A stretch of 64,000 nt of DNA, from contig JBBIRS010000002.1 in assembly GCA_037441675.1 (NCBI GenBank), positions 295,249-359,248 on the forward strand. The letters run 5' to 3'. Shown here one piece after another: positions 30,929 to 40,385 of this stretch (position 1 is its first letter; each line of letters begins with the position of its first letter). Origin of the DNA: Planctomycetales bacterium (lineage in GTDB: Bacteria > 4484-113). The position numbers were made by a program, and so were the translations under genes. A model generated the notes under the pieces. It worked only from the letters and a program-made list of their open reading frames with translations, was not told where the DNA came from and did not search any database.

Positions 30929-31696
30929 GTGGAACGAATTATTCTATGGACGAGTAGAGTTGAGAAGATACTGATTAGACATTTTGCAAATCCACTTCTC
31001 TGGATAGTTTTACTCACTGGGATATTTATTGAGTACCGCCTTTCAACAGTTGGAAATAGCCCAAAGATAACTGAAGGTGTGTTACTTGCACGGTATTCCA
31101 TCGTCATCGAAATTGTATTAGTCTTATCCTGCTTGACTTTCTTTGCTTGGGAAGCATTCAAGAGAGCTAGCCTATCATATGGATACAAGGCATCTGAATA
31201 CAAATCCTGCAGATTAAATGAAGAGTCCATCCTGCAAACTTGGCTAGCTTCTGTATTAATCCTATTTCTGGTTGCACTGTGTCTCATCCTGACTATGAGC
31301 ATCTTGAATTTCCAATACATCGTTACAATCCTTCAGAGAACATTTTTCTTATTGCTCACAGTCGTATGCATACCAACGGTGTATTTACTTCTCAAGCAAA
31401 AAGATAAGAACGGTTTTTGGTCAATTATGGCTATTTCCGGTTCCATAATTTTTTACCTAGCACTATCAATTCTTATAACTTGGCTCTCATCAAGGGGAGA
31501 CGAGAACGCGTTTTTTGCGAGATTGAATGATGTTTACTTCTGGAATAATAAATTCCCAAATCTTGCTAGAAGTGAGCTTTGGCTCACCATTTATATGCCT
31601 TGGTTTCTTTGGTATCTTGTAATGTACCTCTTCTTAGATTTTTTACTTTTCGTGTTACTAGTATTAAAAGAACGATTAAATTTCAGGAGGGATTAG
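30929..31696 (+). CDS. Hypothetical multi-pass membrane protein (ABC-2 permease-like topology)
   Basis: About 6 hydrophobic segments; stop overlaps the acpS start. Confidence 0.7.
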   Translation: MERIILWTSRVEKILIRHFANPLLWIVLLTGIFIEYRLSTVGNSPKITEGVLLARYSIVIEIVLVLSCLTFFAWEAFKRASLSYGYKASEYKSCRLNEESILQTWLASVLILFLVALCLILTMSILNFQYIVTILQRTFFLLLTVVCIPTVYLLLKQKDKNGFWSIMAISGSIIFYLALSILITWLSSRGDENAFFARLNDVYFWNNKFPNLARSELWLTIYMPWFLWYLVMYLFLDFLLFVLLVLKERLNFRRD

Positions 31697-32085
31697 TGAT
31701 AGTAGGAATTGGCGTTGACATCATAAAGGTTTCAAGGATAAAGGAGAAAGTTGGAAGTAACTTTGATATGCCATTCGCCAGAAAAGCTTACACACCTCAA
31801 GAGATAGAATATGCGAAGGCTAAAGGCGTTCAGGCGTATCAGAGCTTTGCAGGATTTTTCGCAGCTCGTGAAGCATTCTTCAAAGCAACCCAAGTCCGTC
31901 TAGGTTGGCAGGATATTTTCGTTGACCATGAGGAGAATGGCAAGCCATTCTTTAGGTTTAGCGATAGAGGTTACTTAAAACTAATAGAAAATCATAGAGA
32001 CCCTTCATTCTTTCAATTTCACTTAAGTATCACCCATGAGAAGGAGTACGCTGTGGGCGTAGTAATTTGCGAAGAGAGAGCTTAA
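31696..32085 (+). CDS. acpS: Holo-[acyl-carrier-protein] synthase
   Basis: IVGIGVDI, AGFFAAREAFFKA, GKP, HLSITHEKEYA; GTG at 31696 with SD AGGAGG. Confidence 0.93.
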   Translation: MIVGIGVDIIKVSRIKEKVGSNFDMPFARKAYTPQEIEYAKAKGVQAYQSFAGFFAAREAFFKATQVRLGWQDIFVDHEENGKPFFRFSDRGYLKLIENHRDPSFFQFHLSITHEKEYAVGVVICEERA

Positions 32086-32199
32086 GCGGAAAGAGAAGAT
32101 GAAATTAGTGAAACTAAACTCCTTTGACCGTGAAGCTTGTCTTCACTGCAACATCCGGCGGATAATTCTCATAAAGCCAACTTGAATATCTAGGATAAA

Positions 32200-32751
32200 T
32201 CAAAGTTTGGGGTGAGTAATTTTCTTCTGAGCTTGATACTTACCCTTCTTATCCGCGTAGGAAAATTCTGGTTCCGTATCACATTCAAAGAACAGAACTT
32301 GTGCGATTCCCTCAAAGGCATAAATTCTTGTAGGAAAAGGCGAAATATTACTAATCGCAATAGTTATATAGCCTTCCCATTCTGGTTCAAGTGGAGTAAT
32401 GTTTGCGAGGATACCACAACGGGCATATGTACTCTTGCCCACACACAGCGCTATCACATTTCTTGGAATTCGGAAGTATTCAAAAGAACGAGCTAAAGAG
32501 AATGAATTAGGCGGAATAATGCAACTCTCACTACGAAAAGTCGTAAAACTTTTCTTACCCAAACTCTTCGGATCAATTATCCCCCCCTCTACATATGAAA
32601 GTACTCTGAACTCATCCGCAATCCTAACGTCATATCCAAAACTACTTAACCCAAATGAGATGGCCCCATCGCTAACTTGCTTTTCTTCAAAAGGCTCAAT
32701 CATTCCCCTCTCAATTGCCATTTTTCTAATCCAAGAGTCAGGCTTTATCAC
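32200..32751 (-). CDS. dcd: dCTP deaminase
   Basis: [47 protein letters not shown]. Confidence 0.96.
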   Translation of the reverse strand: MIKPDSWIRKMAIERGMIEPFEEKQVSDGAISFGLSSFGYDVRIADEFRVLSYVEGGIIDPKSLGKKSFTTFRSESCIIPPNSFSLARSFEYFRIPRNVIALCVGKSTYARCGILANITPLEPEWEGYITIAISNISPFPTRIYAFEGIAQVLFFECDTEPEFSYADKKGKYQAQKKITHPKL

Positions 32752-32973
32752 TTCTTGCTCCTTTATAAAGCTATAAAAGTAGGCAAAATATCTTACACTC
32801 TACATACAATTAAATCTCTTTAAACACTTGACTTCCAAAAATTTGTGTTTTTATTCCTAGCCAAGCAGATTGAAATGATAGAGATTAATGAACTCTTTTA
32901 TCTATGGCAAATTGTAAACGTTTATCCCTTTAATTTGAGAGGATAATCATTTGAACAAGCTATTTTTCACGTT

Positions 32974-33108
32974 TTATGCTTTTTTCTTGGCGATCTTTCT
33001 CTTTGCCTGATTTTTCTTCCATTCAAAGTACTTCAGGATAACAGAAATGACGAGTAAAACTCCGAATGCACCGGCTACCATCCACTGAACTGGTGAAATT
33101 GGTGGCAT
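32974..33108 (-). CDS. 44-aa single-pass membrane microprotein
   Basis: MPPISPVQWMVAGAFGVLLVISVILKYFEWKKNQAKRKIAKKKA; strong SD GGGAGGT; too short for the ORF track. Confidence 0.72.
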   Translation of the reverse strand: MPPISPVQWMVAGAFGVLLVISVILKYFEWKKNQAKRKIAKKKA

Positions 33109-33138
33109 TTTATACCTCCCTGAGAGTATTTAAAAACA

Positions 33139-33936
33139 TTAAGAACCTACCCTTCCTTCTAGTGGTGAGCTTGCAGAAGCGTATCTTACTTTGGGAATTC
33201 TGCCAGCGAGAAAAGCTTTCCTACCTGCCTCTACGCCTAGCTTAATCGCCTCTGCCATCAGAACTGGGTTCTGAGCCTTTGCGATGGCGGTATTCACTAG
33301 AACCGCATCCGCGCCAAGCTCCATTGCTTGAGAGGCATCAGAGGGAACACCTATACCAGCGTCAACTATGAGGGGCACATCACTAGGAATGATTTCCATA
33401 AGAAGCTCTATGCTTGTAAAGTCCAAGAAGCCTTGGCCGGAGCCAATCGGACTGGCAAGAGGCATTACGCACGCAGCACCAGCTTCTAAAAGTTTCATCG
33501 CCGCAACCGGGTCGCTGTTAGTGTAGGGCATTACAATGAAACCTTCCTTTGCCAAAATCTTTGTTGCTTCAATCGTAGCCAAGATGTCCGGGAGGAGTGT
33601 TTTCTCGTGACCAATAACTTCCAACTTGATCAGGTTTGTATCGCAAAGCTCAGACGCAAGACGAGCGACTCTAATCGCCTCTTCCGCAGTATAACAGCCC
33701 GCGGTGTTGGGAAGTAACTCTACTTTATCTAAGGGTAGGTAATTAATGAGGTTCTCCTGTGGATTTTCAAAGTTCACTCTACGAATTGCGACGGTTACTA
33801 ACTCAGTTCCACTCGCTTCAATTGCTTCCCTCATAATCTGAAAGTTTGCGTACTTACCAGTGCCGAGGATTAATCGGCTTTTGAACACCTTTCCCGCAAT
33901 CGCAAAACTTCTATCCTCTTTGGATCTCATATACAC
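33139..33936 (-). CDS. thiG: Thiazole synthase
   Basis: SRLILGTGKY, LPNTAGC, IKLEVI, VMPLASPIGSG, VDAGIG, NTAIA, ASSP. Confidence 0.97.
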   Translation of the reverse strand: MYMRSKEDRSFAIAGKVFKSRLILGTGKYANFQIMREAIEASGTELVTVAIRRVNFENPQENLINYLPLDKVELLPNTAGCYTAEEAIRVARLASELCDTNLIKLEVIGHEKTLLPDILATIEATKILAKEGFIVMPYTNSDPVAAMKLLEAGAACVMPLASPIGSGQGFLDFTSIELLMEIIPSDVPLIVDAGIGVPSDASQAMELGADAVLVNTAIAKAQNPVLMAEAIKLGVEAGRKAFLAGRIPKVRYASASSPLEGRVGS

Positions 33937-34071
33937 TTAATCCCAGAGTTAAACTACCCAACAACAACTTCAATCCTGCTATTAAAGAAATTTTACCAAA
34001 GTAGACACCTAATTTATGGAAGTCTTAGTTTGCCCTTTTACAATCTCTTGATTCGGTGGTAGTCTACTTAT

Positions 34072-35463
34072 ATGCACACAGAGAAAAAAGTGAACGGAGA
34101 TAAAACGATAATTGCACCAGAGACTGCGGGAACCGCCTCTATTCAAGCTGAAGCGGCTGGTGAGGCAACCTTGGTAGGTTTACCACGCGTTGGTGACGTT
34201 ACTCAGCTGGCACAGGCTCTTACAACTGTTGATTTGAATGAGCTTCAGCCTACACTATCTGCCAACCTTCTCATTCACAATCCTTACGCACTCTCTGGAG
34301 CGAAAATTGAAAATTATCTATTAATTGAACTATTGGGTGAATTCAAAGGGCAAAAATTAGTTAGACCTCCGATACATCTATCGCTCGTTCTAGATAAATC
34401 AGGTTCAATGGAAGGTCGCCCCCTTGAGCAGGTTAAGGAAGCGTGCAGGCAAGTCATTGATAAACTTGGGCCTGCTGATACACTTTCAATAATTACCTTT
34501 GCTGAAGGGGTTGATATAGTCGTTGCACAATCACCTGTTACCAGAAAAGAACAAATAAAGGCTCAACTTGATTTAATTCGAGCCAGAGGAACAACCAACC
34601 TGCATGGTGGTATGGTAGCAGGAGCTAATCAACTTTCATCAGTTAAAGCTCCTACACACTTGAGCAGAATTATCCTTCTAACCGATGGAGAAGCTAACGA
34701 AGGCATCACTGAATACAGCGAGATAATCGCGAAAGCCCGTCAAATTAAGCGCGATGGCCTTTCAGTAAGCACCATTGGTGTTGGAATAGAGTATAACGAA
34801 GAGTTGATGAAGGGTATTGCGAAAAACACTCTTGGTAATTACTACTACATTGAGCAGGTAAGCGACATCCCAAGAGTTTTTGAAGAGGAGCTAGCAACAC
34901 TGTTTGAAGTTGTAGCCAAGAACATAAGGCTAATAGTAAAATTACCAAAAGGTGTAACTCTTGCTAAATTCTATGGTCGGGAAGTGTCAACTCAAAATGG
35001 CATTCTTGAAACAGAGTTGCCAGAGCTCGTAGCTGGTAAAGCCCAGCATCATCTGATTAAGCTTCTTTTTGATAGCCATATTGAAGCCAGATTTCGTGTT
35101 GCGGAAGTAGAGCTTACATTTGAGTATCTTGGGCAAATTGAAAGAAGCCGTCTTTCCGCAGAGGCAATTGTGGAATTTACTAAGGATAAGAACAAGATTC
35201 TTGGCGCAATTAACCACAAGGTTGACGAGATAATGCGGGTTAAAGATGTGATTGCAGAGATAAGTAGAGCTAAGGAACTTCTTTCAAAGGATGCCGGGAC
35301 CGCAACGATGATAATTGACCGAGCGAAGACGGTACTTCTTCAAGCTGGAAGGGTGAGCGATGCAACCCTTGTTGCTGAGGCAATAGAGAAGCTAGGTAAG
35401 GGCGAGGTCGAAAAGGCGGATAAGACATTAGGTTCTACCGAGTGGGAGATTGAGGAGAGCTAG
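34072..35463 (+). CDS. VWA domain protein (YfbK-like)
   Basis: MIDAS DKSGSM, GTTNL, LLTDGEAN, TIGVG..YNEELM. Confidence 0.9.
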   Translation: MHTEKKVNGDKTIIAPETAGTASIQAEAAGEATLVGLPRVGDVTQLAQALTTVDLNELQPTLSANLLIHNPYALSGAKIENYLLIELLGEFKGQKLVRPPIHLSLVLDKSGSMEGRPLEQVKEACRQVIDKLGPADTLSIITFAEGVDIVVAQSPVTRKEQIKAQLDLIRARGTTNLHGGMVAGANQLSSVKAPTHLSRIILLTDGEANEGITEYSEIIAKARQIKRDGLSVSTIGVGIEYNEELMKGIAKNTLGNYYYIEQVSDIPRVFEEELATLFEVVAKNIRLIVKLPKGVTLAKFYGREVSTQNGILETELPELVAGKAQHHLIKLLFDSHIEARFRVAEVELTFEYLGQIERSRLSAEAIVEFTKDKNKILGAINHKVDEIMRVKDVIAEISRAKELLSKDAGTATMIIDRAKTVLLQAGRVSDATLVAEAIEKLGKGEVEKADKTLGSTEWEIEES

Positions 35464-35566
35464 GCCTTTAACATGGTCAGCACTCTTAATCCACTCTTAG
35501 TCTATTCGACCCAAAGAAGATGAGCTAAAAGCAACAGTGGGAAACAATAGGAAATCAAACTATGAG

Positions 35567-36100
35567 CTAGAGCTCGCCTTCAAGTTTAAGCTCTTTCCAA
35601 ACCTTCTCAAAAACAGAGCGTGCCTTCTCATCGTATAAAATGAGCTCAACTGAGTAGGGCAAATCATTCTCCTTCAACCACTTGGATATAACAGGCAACA
35701 TCGTGCGTGCGCATACATCCAAAGAAAGTCCACCAACACCGGCTCCAAGAGCTGGGAATGCGATACTCTCTATTCCGTTGTCTTTGGCGAGTGAAAGAGC
35801 AGCAAGGGTTCCTGCCCTGACGTACTTCTCTGTTGCAGTACCACCGGGATCCATTGTTGCAACGTGCAGAACATAATCCGCATAAAGCTTTCCGCCAATG
35901 GTAAGAACACACCCGCCGGGTCTAATAGGAGCTTGATGGATAGCCTCCTTTTCTATTATTTCACCTCCCCTAGCTTTCAATGCCCCAGCAACGCCAGCTC
36001 CCATCCAAAGTTCCGTATTTGCCGCATTTACAACTGCTCGCGCCTTTGAGAGTGAAATATCACCAACTACTATACTCAGTCTTCCTGGAATTACGTCCAA
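35567..36100 (-). CDS. Macro domain protein (Af1521-like ADP-ribose binding/hydrolase)
   Basis: GDI, VNAANTELWMGAGVAGAL, IAFPALGAGVGG. Confidence 0.92.
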   Translation of the reverse strand: MDVIPGRLSIVVGDISLSKARAVVNAANTELWMGAGVAGALKARGGEIIEKEAIHQAPIRPGGCVLTIGGKLYADYVLHVATMDPGGTATEKYVRAGTLAALSLAKDNGIESIAFPALGAGVGGLSLDVCARTMLPVISKWLKENDLPYSVELILYDEKARSVFEKVWKELKLEGEL

Positions 36101-36230
36101 ACATCATCCCTCCTAATAACGTCCTTAAAATAATCGTTACATTGATTACTCTTAAAAATTAATTTACCCGATTCGCGAAGAATTTAACACAAACTTTAAT
36201 CAAGAATTGGTAAAATTATTCAGATAGAAT

Positions 36231-37175
36231 ATGGGATTCATGAAAAGAACTGTTTTTGAGGATCAAATAAGAAACAATATAAGAAGCACCCAGCTTTTAA
36301 TCTTCGGCTTTATAGTTTTTTTCACTATTTTTGTTTACTTTGTTGGAATTGTAGTATCAGAGTACTTTGGGGATCCATCAATATCTGTAGTCTTCCTTAT
36401 TGGAGCTTTACTCTTTAGCTTACTTTCTAGTTGGATAAGCTACTATTACTCTGATAAGATAGTGATTGCGTCAGTAGGCGCAAAGCCAGCAGATCCAAAA
36501 ATTGATAGGGAACTTTTTGACTTAGTGGAAGGCTTAAGGCTTGCAGCAGGATTGGAGAAAGCCCCTGCACTATATATAATGGAAGACCCATCTCCGAACG
36601 CCTTTGCAACTGGTCGCAATCCTCAACACTCTGCCATTGTAGTCACCCGCGGGCTTCTTGAAATGACTGATAAATACGAATTAGAAGGAGTCCTTGCACA
36701 CGAAATTGGCCATATTCTAAATTACGATATCCTTCTAGCTACAATAATTAGCGTTCTAGTTGGCACGATTGTAATAGTTAGCCATTTCATATGGAGAATG
36801 ATGTGGTACGGTGGCGGAGGGAGAAACCGAGACCGCGTTGGGGGAGCCGCTGCTCTCATCCTATTCGCTATCGGGATTATCTTCTTGATCCTCGCTCCTA
36901 TTGCCGCTCAGATAATCCAGTTCGCAATGTCAAGAAAGAGAGAATACTTGGCTGATGCTACCGCAGTGAAACTTACGAGAAACCCAGAGGGACTTGCGGG
37001 CGCATTGGAAAAAATTGCTAATTACACTATGCCTGTCAGGACCGCTACCGGCGCTACTGCGCATCTCTTTATTTCAGATCCACTAAAACGGCAGAGAAGA
37101 CGAAGCTGGTTTGCGGAACTTTTCTCTACTCATCCAAATATCTGGGATAGAATCGAACGAATTAGAGCTATGTAA
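36231..37175 (+). CDS. htpX: M48 zinc protease HtpX
   Basis: PNAFATGR, VLAHEIGH, SRKREYLAD, FSTHP. Confidence 0.93.
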   Translation: MGFMKRTVFEDQIRNNIRSTQLLIFGFIVFFTIFVYFVGIVVSEYFGDPSISVVFLIGALLFSLLSSWISYYYSDKIVIASVGAKPADPKIDRELFDLVEGLRLAAGLEKAPALYIMEDPSPNAFATGRNPQHSAIVVTRGLLEMTDKYELEGVLAHEIGHILNYDILLATIISVLVGTIVIVSHFIWRMMWYGGGGRNRDRVGGAAALILFAIGIIFLILAPIAAQIIQFAMSRKREYLADATAVKLTRNPEGLAGALEKIANYTMPVRTATGATAHLFISDPLKRQRRRSWFAELFSTHPNIWDRIERIRAM

Positions 37176-37184
37176 TATCTTCTT

Positions 37185-38372
37185 TTACTTAACACCATAA
37201 GATTTAATAAAGCTCTCCAATCTTGATAAGCCTTTCACAATTTCCTCATCTGAGGTAGTAATGCTAAGTCTAAAATAACCTTCTCCGTGAGTTCCAAAAG
37301 CAGAACCAGGAGTAACTACAAATCCAGTCTTCTCAAGTAGTTCCTTTGCAAAATGTACGGAGTCTTCGAACCCCTCAGGAATAGCACACCAGAAGTAATA
37401 TGTAGCTTTAGACTCCTTATACCAAATTCCCATCCTGTCTAAAGCTGAAGAGACAATTTCCCTTCTTCTATTGAACCTCTCTAGGTTTACCTTTATCCAG
37501 CTATCTCTTTCTGGGTGAGAAAGCGCTCTTGCCATTGCCATCTGAATCGCATTAAAGGCACCGGAATCAATGTTAGATTTAATTTTCAGTAAAGCTTCTA
37601 TCAACATACTGTTACCACAAGCCCAACCTATGCGCCAGCCTGTAATATTGAAAAGCTTAGAGAATGAGTTAAACTCAATGGCAATATCTTTAGCTCCGGG
37701 TATTTGTAGAATAGACAAGGGCTTATCATATGTATAATATATTTCTGAATAGGGGTTATCCGAAGCTATAGCTATATCGTAACGCTTTGCAAAGGACACG
37801 AGGTCCGAATAAAAGTCCATAGACGCCATCACTCCGGTGGGATTGTTCGGGTAATTTACGTAGATGACAGTAGCTCTTCGAGCGACCTCTTCAGGAACCT
37901 TCGTCAAATCAATTAAGAAGTCATTTTCCCTCGTCAAAGGTAAAAAGTAAACATCCGCACCTGCGAATATCGCGTTCGTATTGTAAACGGTATAGGCAGG
38001 TTCGGGAATTAACGCCACATCACCTACGTCACACAACCCCCAGAGAAGATGTGCAACCCCCTCTTTCCCACCGATTAAAGTAATAACTTCACTTTTTTCA
38101 TCTAAACCATCTATTCCGAAGCGTTCTTTCATCCATTGAACTATTGCCTTATGGAACTCAGGTAATCCTCGGTAATCGGGATAACGATTGTTTCCCGGTC
38201 TGCGAATTTCCTCTGATAGAATGTCACATAGCCAATCGGGTGGAGGAAAATCCGGATCAGCAATTCCCATAGAAATTACCTCCATCCCTTTTGCTCGGGC
38301 GCTTTCCCTTGCCCGATCAATTTCAGCAAAAATATATGGTGGGATTTCGGTAACACGTTTGCTAAATTTCAT
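37185..38372 (-). CDS. Class I PLP aminotransferase, LL-diaminopimelate aminotransferase-like
   Basis: PPYIFAEID, GGKEG, NYPNNPTG, DNPYSE, EFNSFSKLFNITGWRIG, KSNIDSG. Confidence 0.85.
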   Translation of the reverse strand: MKFSKRVTEIPPYIFAEIDRARESARAKGMEVISMGIADPDFPPPDWLCDILSEEIRRPGNNRYPDYRGLPEFHKAIVQWMKERFGIDGLDEKSEVITLIGGKEGVAHLLWGLCDVGDVALIPEPAYTVYNTNAIFAGADVYFLPLTRENDFLIDLTKVPEEVARRATVIYVNYPNNPTGVMASMDFYSDLVSFAKRYDIAIASDNPYSEIYYTYDKPLSILQIPGAKDIAIEFNSFSKLFNITGWRIGWACGNSMLIEALLKIKSNIDSGAFNAIQMAMARALSHPERDSWIKVNLERFNRRREIVSSALDRMGIWYKESKATYYFWCAIPEGFEDSVHFAKELLEKTGFVVTPGSAFGTHGEGYFRLSITTSDEEIVKGLSRLESFIKSYGVK

Positions 38373-38639
38373 CAGTACGCCTCCATTTTGGTTCCAAAAT
38401 TCACGCTAAGGTAGTTTTATAATACTGTAAGATTAAGCATAATCAACAAAAAATCATATAGATTATACTAATACACCCCGCTTCAGTAGTAAGCTTAGAG
38501 AGTAATTTCACCGCAATTTAACAGTTCTTAATTTGATACATAGCTCTCTTGCTAAAGCAATTACTTTTACCCTCCATTATGTGCTTTAGTAAAGTGATAA
38601 TTTAGAGAAGGTAAACCGTTAGAAACGAGATATCAACAA

Positions 38640-38655
38640 TGTTACACGTGAAACA
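38640..38655. promoter_or_regulatory. parS centromere-like ParB binding site
   Basis: TGTTACACGTGAAACA matches TGTTNCACGTGAAACA; intergenic; the palindrome extends to AATGTT...AACATT. Confidence 0.85.
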
Positions 38656-38724
38656 TTCACCCTCAACCCACAGCATTTGAATTAAAATTCTGAAACCGGA
38701 AATGGATAATTAAACATCTCACTA

Positions 38725-39192
38725 CTACCTACTTTCAGCCTCAGCGAGCCAACCCCGCCTAACCTCCTCAGCAGGAATTCCACTTAAGTAAGGTTTAATA
38801 TCCAACACAGGGGACCCATCTACCATATCAACTCCCTCAACATAGAGTAAATTTCTATTTACCCCAATGAGTATTACCACGGTAAGTCCTATGGGATTCG
38901 GGCGGTAAGGCGAGCGAGTAGCAAAAACACCGTGAGGGTGTATATCTGATGGAGGAGTCACAATTAACTCAAAACTGTCTACTAGGTGAAAGACCCAAAT
39001 AACAAAAAGATGAGAGAACCCCTCAATGTCCTTTAATCCTTCCTCAAACTTCGGGGCAAGCTCAATAAAACCTTTAGCAGAATGCTCTGCTCCCAGCCCC
39101 TGTGGGATGTTAGCAACATCTCTAAATGGCGTTCTCATAAAACCAATCGGAGAAAAAACAAAAGAGGATGACATCGGCGACTTAGATTGCAT
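38725..39192 (-). CDS. tsaA: tRNA (t6A37) N6-methyltransferase TrmO/TsaA
   Basis: PIG, GFSHLFVIWVFH, GVFATRSPYRPNPIG, DGSPVLDIKPY. Confidence 0.92.
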   Translation of the reverse strand: MQSKSPMSSSFVFSPIGFMRTPFRDVANIPQGLGAEHSAKGFIELAPKFEEGLKDIEGFSHLFVIWVFHLVDSFELIVTPPSDIHPHGVFATRSPYRPNPIGLTVVILIGVNRNLLYVEGVDMVDGSPVLDIKPYLSGIPAEEVRRGWLAEAESR

Positions 39193-39231
39193 CGTATATC
39201 AAATCATATCACTAAATCTCCTTCTCTCTAG

Positions 39232-40014
39232 TTAGTTAAGGCTTCTCTCTACATAAATTACTTTTCCATAAATGTAGAGATCATTTCCCTTCGTTAGGTC
39301 AACCGCGATGGGGTCATATTTGGGATTTGCGGGTTGAAGTATGATAATATCACCGAACAGCAGAACTCTCTTGATACTATGCTCGCTACCATTAATCCTG
39401 ACGACACATATATCTCCACTTTCGTACGGCGTGTTAGGCGAAACAATAACAATATCTCCGGGCAAAATACCTGCGCCCACCATTGAATCACCTTTTACCC
39501 TTAGGGCGAAGCAATGTGGATCATTATTTAGTTTGCTTTCTAGAACTTTCATTGTCTCATACTCATCGTAATGGTTAATCGTGTCTTGCAAAGGAGTACC
39601 AAATGACGCAGGAATCGTACTAAAAAGGGGTATGATCTTCATTTCGCCTTCTTGTTTTATCTCAAGACCAAGCAATTCAGCTCTTTGGAGTGCAGATCTA
39701 GCAGTTCGAATAAGCTCTTCTATTAGAGACCTATCTGTTTGTGCACCTTTTAATCCCACAATAGGCTTTAATAATGCATCCGAACCATTCAAGCTATCCT
39801 CAACTTGATATCCGCTAGCGACTAATAACTCATTAACGGTGGTATTACTCAAAACATCCGCAAGCCTTTTGAGAACTGAAGGTGAGGGCTTTTTAATCAG
39901 TCCCCTTTCAATCTGAGAGATATAAGAATGTGAGACGGCAACTCTTTCTGCAAGTTCCCTCCCGGACAAACCAATAGCGACACGCCTGATTTTAACTAAA
40001 TCTTTTATATTCAT
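39232..40014 (-). CDS. XRE-HTH plus S24 peptidase repressor (LexA/CI-like)
   Basis: LSGRELAERVAVSHSYISQIERG HTH; FALRVKGDSM (catalytic Ser) and SIKR (catalytic Lys); LQPANPKY. Confidence 0.92.
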   Translation of the reverse strand: MNIKDLVKIRRVAIGLSGRELAERVAVSHSYISQIERGLIKKPSPSVLKRLADVLSNTTVNELLVASGYQVEDSLNGSDALLKPIVGLKGAQTDRSLIEELIRTARSALQRAELLGLEIKQEGEMKIIPLFSTIPASFGTPLQDTINHYDEYETMKVLESKLNNDPHCFALRVKGDSMVGAGILPGDIVIVSPNTPYESGDICVVRINGSEHSIKRVLLFGDIIILQPANPKYDPIAVDLTKGNDLYIYGKVIYVERSLN

Positions 40015-40027
40015 TTTTCATCACCGC

Positions 40028-40074
40028 TATACAAATGTAATGTATATGGTATAATATAATTAATATTTTGTCAA
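40028..40074. promoter_or_regulatory. Overlapping divergent promoters with palindromic candidate operator
   Basis: Minus strand TTGACA(40074-69)-N17-TACCAT(40051-46); plus strand TGgTATAAT(40047-55); inverted repeat TATACA-N7-TGTATA at 40028-40046. Confidence 0.55.
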
Positions 40075-40124
40075 GATATCTAATAAATACTGCTTATATT
40101 ATGCTAAATGAACAATAATACGTC

Positions 40125-40385
40125 ATGCTTGAAAACAAACCTGATCCTCGTCCGGTCAATAAATCGGTTGAGTTTGACCTGTTATTTAGAACTTTGAGAA
40201 AAACTCTACCGGACTTTCTCCTCTTTGAAGCCTTCTATGTACTTGGCTTCCCCCAAAAAGAAATAGCACAGAAGATGGGTATATCGCAAAGAACATTACG
40301 TAAGAAGTTGAAAAAAGTTAGAGAAGAATTAGCGCAAATTTTTATTGAATATAGCAGATTGATTTCTAAAAATAAGGGATACTAA
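40125..40385 (+). CDS. Small HTH protein (sigma70 region-4/Cro-like)
   Basis: YVLGFPQKEIAQKMGISQRTLRKKLKKV HTH; divergent from the S24 repressor. Confidence 0.75.
   Translation: MLENKPDPRPVNKSVEFDLLFRTLRKTLPDFLLFEAFYVLGFPQKEIAQKMGISQRTLRKKLKKVREELAQIFIEYSRLISKNKGY

Noticed and set aside
34072..36100. VWA plus macrodomain as an ADP-ribosylation or defence module
   Set aside because: The genes are convergent, no ADP-ribosyltransferase or MoxR is nearby, and both are common stand-alone genes.
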